The translations under genes and the position numbers were made by a program. Of a DNA stretch of 54,866 nucleotides, positions 50,716-54,866 are shown in pieces; position 1 is the first letter of the stretch, and each line of letters opens with the position of its first letter. Below the pieces are notes generated by a model. That model was not told the origin of the DNA. It saw nothing but the letters and a program-made list of their open reading frames with translations, and did no database searches. The stretch is from Candidatus Oleincola secundus (lineage in GTDB: Bacteria; Atribacterota; Phoenicimicrobiia; Phoenicimicrobiales; Stramentimicrobiaceae), in NCBI GenBank assembly GCA_018400815.1, contig JAGYLS010000002.1, forward strand, positions 1 to 54,866, written 5' to 3'.

Positions 50716-51356
50716 ACTTCAATCAAAGATAATTAAATATTTTTAATTTTTAGAACCTACAAACAATATATCTTCTTACTTCTTTAATATCAGATCGAGT
50801 TAAGTTTTCTACATTTTAGTCTTAATTCACTACGGTTTTCCTTATTAGGCAAAACATTTTTACCTTAGATATAAAGTCAAATAGAGCCTTGGCTTTGGTA
50901 GCTCTCATAATAGAAAAACCGCTATCCTCAGATAATTCATAACCAATAAAAGAGAAGGTTTAATTGTATGGTATATAAAATTACCAAGATTGTTGGTAAA
51001 ATAGCCGTTTATTCTGAGAAACAGAAGTTAGGATTAACTGGTATTTCGGTTAAAATATTATGGCGATAAAGAACTGTATCAAGCTTAGATAGGAAGGGGG
51101 GATATAAAAAGTGAGAACGAAAATCGGTAAATATCTTCTATCTCACCACGGTTTCTCATTTTCTCAACATAAACACAGCAGTTGTGTAAATCCCCTTTTT
51201 TAAACGGAGCAACTTACCACTTTTCTCATAGCGGTGCAAAACCATCCGGAGATAAGAGTTACTCTCTTCAACACCCAAAAAATCATTGAAAGTGAAAACC
51301 GGCAGTTTCTCTGCTAACTCTATTATAGTTTTACTTCTATTTTTATCATTTCTCAT
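50712..51356 (-). pseudogene. AbiEi-family antitoxin/transcriptional regulator, truncated
   Basis: A 66-aa ORF (51156-51356) has an AbiEi_4-like N-terminus (IIELAEKLPVFTFNDFLGV...LHRYEKSGKLLRLKKGIY). The downstream ~440 nt up to the abiEii start has no open frame. Confidence 0.5.
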
Positions 51357-51495
51357 AATTTACAAATATTGTAAATTATCAGAAACACTTTGTCAACCCT
51401 TCGAATTGCCTCATCAAAAAAGTATTTGAAATTTAATAAATCAAGCAAGGGAAATTTGCAATTATTTTTCCCATATACATTATCAAAAAATAATA

Positions 51496-51532
51496 TTGTC
51501 AATAATAAAGATTTGACCCCTTTATCTTAACT
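51496..51532. repeat. 37-bp direct repeat, copy 1
   Basis: ttgtcaataataaagatttgacccctTtatcttaact matches 54676-54712 at 36 of 37 positions. Confidence 0.9.
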
Positions 51533-51547
51533 GGGTCAGATACTGTC

Positions 51548-52660
51548 TTAAAAATCAAGCTCTACTAGCGGCAATTCTTGAGAAGGTTTAACTTTTAACC
51601 ATTCCAAAATATATAAATTGCGGATTGTTTCAGCAACATCAGCTTGATTTAATGGTGGTCTTCTTCTTTGTTTCCATTTCATTACTTCATCAAGAATATC
51701 TTTTTCTGTAATATCATCCTCTTTATTAAATTCCTCTTTAACAAATAAAACCTTTGCTACAACTTCTGCTTTATCAGTATTTAACCGTAGAAACAAGTCA
51801 ACTGTTTTGTCAATTATTTTATTCCATCTTTTTATATCATCTTGATATTTATTCCGAGCAATCTCATAGTTTAATCCTGGAAGAACTCTAAACATTTTTC
51901 CTAACTTCTTTTCTTGTATTATTCCTGCATTAACAAGCCTTTTCTTCACATCATCTAGCCCAGGAGAATAAGGGCCAAATGAACTTTTTTGATAACTTAA
52001 TCCCGTTGGTAAGCCTAAGTTGGTAGATACATAGGCAATTTTTTGAAATATAGTTCGACCCACAGGCATATGATACTTCTGCTTTTCAATACGGTTAACA
52101 ATTTCAACTAATGCCACCCAGGCAGGGTTAATTTTATTTAATACCCTCTTGCCAGAACTTACTTTTTTAGATTTAGATTCTTCTGATAAAAATTCTATTT
52201 TTAATTGATTCGGAGGGGTGCCATATGGTGCATAAATTTCCACTGGAATGTCCAATTTTGATGCATATTTATAAATAAGTGGGCCTATCGATTCCCATAA
52301 CAATTGGCCATTTCCACATCCAAGAGGAGGAATTGCTATCGATTTAATATTCCACTTTTTATATTCTTTAGATAATATTTCTAATCCCTTTTCGATATCT
52401 TCAATACGAGAGGCAGCTCGCCAATGATGCTTAGTAGGGAAATTGATAATTTTTGGAGGAAACAGCCCGCTATTATATAAATAGGGGACTCCTGGCTGAA
52501 CTTCTTTCTCTTTACAACGATTTACATAATCCTTATACATTTCAGGAAATTGTTTTTTAAACTCCGCTGCAATTCCCTTCCCCATAATGCCTACACAATT
52601 AACAGTATTAACAAGTGTTTGTGCCTCTGAATTAAATATATTACCGATTAATACTTTCAT
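51548..52660 (-). CDS. darG: DarG-type macrodomain antitoxin (ADP-ribosyl-DNA glycohydrolase)
   Basis: 370 aa. The N-terminal macrodomain GNIFNSEAQTLVNTVNCVGIMGKGIAAEFKKQFPEMY closely resembles DarG, and a C-terminal ~200-aa DarT-binding-type domain follows. It lies immediately downstream of darT. Confidence 0.8.
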   Translation of the reverse strand: MKVLIGNIFNSEAQTLVNTVNCVGIMGKGIAAEFKKQFPEMYKDYVNRCKEKEVQPGVPYLYNSGLFPPKIINFPTKHHWRAASRIEDIEKGLEILSKEYKKWNIKSIAIPPLGCGNGQLLWESIGPLIYKYASKLDIPVEIYAPYGTPPNQLKIEFLSEESKSKKVSSGKRVLNKINPAWVALVEIVNRIEKQKYHMPVGRTIFQKIAYVSTNLGLPTGLSYQKSSFGPYSPGLDDVKKRLVNAGIIQEKKLGKMFRVLPGLNYEIARNKYQDDIKRWNKIIDKTVDLFLRLNTDKAEVVAKVLFVKEEFNKEDDITEKDILDEVMKWKQRRRPPLNQADVAETIRNLYILEWLKVKPSQELPLVELDF

Positions 52661-52671
52661 ACAAAATCCTC

Positions 52672-53263
52672 TTAATAAAAGAATATTTCTTTATTAATTA
52701 TAACATTAATGTCACATATTTTACATAAGCTACTATATGCTACATGATTGGCAACATATGCACCAATAATAAAAATAGGATCAATATAGTCTGGCACTAG
52801 TACTTCTGCACATTTTACTCCCTTAAGCCTATATTGTTCAATTTGATCATTTTTACCAATCCAAAAAGTGGCATAAATCTCTTCTTTATTCAATAATGGT
52901 AATCCTTCAGCAACATGTTTTAAACCAACAATCTCTAGCTGCATTTTGGTCAGTAATAATGACACCATCAATATCTAATACTGAATCAGCAATTTTTAGC
53001 ACGCATATTTTATCGTTTTCTGACCTTCTACTGCTTAGCATGGGATTGTGAGCATCAAAATATAAATTGGCATAATAATGTAAACTCTTATTTGTACCAA
53101 TTATTTTCTTTTTTGCTCTTCGTTCCTGAACGCCTCCTTCAGAAATATCTTTAAAAGGAATATCTTGAGAACGATTATGCGATAATATCCCTGACCGAAG
53201 AATTGAGGGAACGTTTTCAATATAAGTAATAAAATGTAATTCTTTAATATCATTTCTATCCAT
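52672..53263 (-). pseudogene. darT: DarT (DUF4433) DNA ADP-ribosyltransferase toxin, split by a single frameshift
   Basis: ORF 52907-53263 gives ELHFITYIENVPSILRSGILSHN...YANLYFDAHNPML...GVIITDQNAA. ORF 52672-52971, in the +1 frame, continues with EIVGLKHVAEGLPLLNKEEIYATFW...KCAEVLVPDYIDP, which carries the catalytic-Glu AE.LV motif. The frames switch near 52931-52945. Confidence 0.8.
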
Positions 53264-53483
53264 AGAAATCAGACCTATTTTATATAATTCTTAACTTGAT
53301 GTTCTTATTCTGGCATAAAGATAATTTTTTGATTATCCTGGTTGATTAAATTATTTTATCATTGGTGTTATTTTTCAATGATAGACCTCTTCCCTTCTTT
53401 TTGATTATTATCTTTCAACTTATTTCCTTTACATCTAAAAAAAATAGATTAATAGCGTGACAAAGGACCGTCCCCTGGTTTGT

Positions 53484-53954
53484 TTATGAATTCAAATTTA
53501 ATCGCAATTGGGGATTATCTTTCTTCAGTCTCTCGATTACCTTATCAACAAAATCTTCCGCTGTTTTTAAAGCAGTTTCTGCTTCAACTTTCGATACTGG
53601 GAGAAAAGGATCATAGGTAAACTGATTTCTTTTTCTACGCATTCGGTCAAATTTTTTAATTAGATTCTTAAAACCTTTTCCTAATATCTCACCGGAGAGT
53701 TCAATAATTGTTTTATGTTGCTGGCCATCGATTGACCGATACCCTTTTAGAAATACTATTGCTCTGCCACATCTTAACATTGCCAGATAAGCATAATTAT
53801 AAGTTGCCTCTTCATCTATCTCTAGAGTAGACTTGGCAACAAATAGGTCTTTCTTGGCTCTAAACAAAAGTGCTTCGATATGGGGATAATCTATGTTTTG
53901 TTTTTTGATTAACCCCTGGTTCAGCAATATCTTTATTCTATCTTCATAACTCAT
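53484..53954 (-). CDS. HEPN-domain toxin of an MNT-HEPN pair
   Basis: 156 aa, helical, with the Rx4-6H-type region RMRRKRNQFTY. It overlaps the upstream MNT gene by 11 nt. Confidence 0.75.
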   Translation of the reverse strand: MSYEDRIKILLNQGLIKKQNIDYPHIEALLFRAKKDLFVAKSTLEIDEEATYNYAYLAMLRCGRAIVFLKGYRSIDGQQHKTIIELSGEILGKGFKNLIKKFDRMRRKRNQFTYDPFLPVSKVEAETALKTAEDFVDKVIERLKKDNPQLRLNLNS

Positions 53955-54516
53955 TTTCGTTTCCTATTAGGGTTATTTTCTTGCCTTGGATAATATCTGA
54001 AATAAAATAATTTCCTTTTTCTCTCTTTTTTTCAAATTCATCTTTACTATAAAGAGTGTAATTTATTTCTCTCTGTAATTTTCTCTCTAATTTATTTAGT
54101 TCATCAATTAGTTTATCTTCATTTATCTTTCCTATAATCAGTAAATCTATATCACTATCTCCTCTTTCTTCTCCTTTGGCAAAGGAGCCATAAATAAAAG
54201 CATGTGCTATGTCTTTAAAGTTTGTTAGAACATCATAAAATAGTTTGGCAACACCGGAGGTTTTAAAGATAATATTTTTTAATTCATTAAAAATAGGATA
54301 TGATTGATTTAGATAATAATAAACCTGGTTACCCTTGTTTTCACTGAGAAAAAGACCTGTACTTTCCAGCTTTATCAATTCACGGCGGATATTGCCTACA
54401 GAATAGTTTAATATTCTTTCTAATTCTCTGAGGTAATATTTGTTATCAGGGTTGGTGAAATATAAGGCAAGAAGATCTTCCCTTAATTTTGATTTTTTTA
54501 TTGATAATATATCCAT
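53944..54516 (-). CDS. Minimal nucleotidyltransferase (MNT) antitoxin fused to an N-terminal winged-helix domain
   Basis: 190 aa. wHTH (YLRELERILNYSVGNIRRELIKLESTGLF) followed by the NTase motif YGSFAKGEERGDSDIDLLI. Confidence 0.8.
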   Translation of the reverse strand: MDILSIKKSKLREDLLALYFTNPDNKYYLRELERILNYSVGNIRRELIKLESTGLFLSENKGNQVYYYLNQSYPIFNELKNIIFKTSGVAKLFYDVLTNFKDIAHAFIYGSFAKGEERGDSDIDLLIIGKINEDKLIDELNKLERKLQREINYTLYSKDEFEKKREKGNYFISDIIQGKKITLIGNENEL

Positions 54517-54533
54517 ATTTGTAGTCCTTTATG

Positions 54534-54563
54534 ACTACAATTGTAGTATGTTCTTACTACAAT
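54534..54563. promoter_or_regulatory. Palindrome ACTACAATTGTAGT plus an extra ACTACAAT half-site upstream of the MNT gene (candidate autoregulatory operator)
   Basis: A perfect 14-bp palindrome at 54534-54547 lies 18 bp upstream of the MNT start. A third half-site is at 54556-54563. Confidence 0.4.
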
Positions 54564-54675
54564 GTCAAAACATAATTAGGCTATCTGCGAACCCTAAAAA
54601 AATACTTTACTTCCCTCTTCTGCCCGTAATATTAATCCCTGATTCGAACAACCGTCCGATGTTCCGATGTATCAT

Positions 54676-54712
54676 TTGTCAATAATAAAGATTTGACCCC
54701 TCTATCTTAACT
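54676..54712. repeat. 37-bp direct repeat, copy 2
   Basis: ttgtcaataataaagatttgacccctCtatcttaact matches 51496-51532 at 36 of 37 positions. Confidence 0.9.
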
Positions 54713-54866
54713 TTGAGTCCTAGACCCCCATTATTTTCCCATGACCTTACCAGACATGGTTTCCACCTGTTAAATATCACGACCTAAGCCTGGCCGCACC
54801 AGAGAACCGTCCCCTGTATCATTATATTCTCTATTAGTAATCTTTCCTTTTTTCTTTACATATAAG

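Noticed and set aside
52925-52975. Programmed ribosomal frameshift joining the two DarT ORFs
   Set aside because: The required shift is +1. There is no slippery heptamer in the zero frame and no prfB-like SD plus stop context. Homology places the frame change at ..NAA|EIVGL.., not at the zero-frame stop.
54640-54670. tRNA-like fragment (gattcgaac resembles a T-loop) as a possible att site next to repeat copy 2
   Set aside because: The flanking bases do not form a T-stem or acceptor stem, and no cloverleaf can be drawn.
51496-54712. Integron gene-cassette array with attC sites
   Set aside because: No intI integrase or attI lies in the window. The repeats are near-identical direct copies rather than imperfect R''-L''/L'-R' palindromes, the GTTRRRY core is not satisfied (GTTAAGA), and the spacer between HEPN and darT lacks the repeat.
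54834-54866. Eleven-codon open frame ending at 54834 on the minus strand (possible 3' end of a gene beyond the window)
   Set aside because: It is too short to call as a feature. It is mentioned only in connection with the CAGGGGACGGTTC motif.

Overview
This is an AT-rich (roughly one-third GC by eye) bacterial chromosomal segment, probably from an anaerobe. About 90% of the genes lie on the minus strand. All family calls come from reading motifs in the translations, with no database search.

Positions 1-43.8 kb are ordinary, intact housekeeping and metabolic genes:
- two adjacent MoeA paralogues, LplA, an EamA transporter, CysK, a Sir2 deacylase, YchF, NikR, Ddl and RarA
- a fused double nitrilase-superfamily protein, a DAG-kinase-like lipid kinase and an AKR-ferredoxin fusion
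- two TrkH paralogues with a TrkA relic, next to a KdpD/KdpE-like two-component pair
- a 1057-aa 7TM-PAS-GAF-GGDEF sensor, PfpI, tRNA-Pro(CGG), BioY-BirA, two deoxynucleoside kinases and CstA
- an FmdE-like protein, an OpuC-type ABC transporter, FumC, carbamate kinase, a CPBP protease, DUF169 and threonine aldolase

Positions 43.9-54.9 kb are very different.
- A five-gene iclR-iorA-iorB-aminotransferase-ptb operon has four of its five genes broken by frameshifts and stops.
- After it comes a small toxin-antitoxin island: a decayed AbiEi/AbiEii pair, DarG with a frameshifted DarT, and an intact wHTH-MNT/HEPN pair.
- Near-identical 37-bp direct repeats bracket the DarTG plus MNT/HEPN block.

I could not recognise a convincing new multi-gene system. 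The best leads are non-coding or architectural:
- a promoter-leader-terminator unit upstream of moeA (candidate Moco/Tuco riboswitch), followed by an 82-bp tandem duplication
- KdpE-box-like direct repeats in front of a trkH paralogue
- a family of palindromic intergenic elements
- the localised pseudogene run
- the repeat-bracketed toxin-antitoxin block
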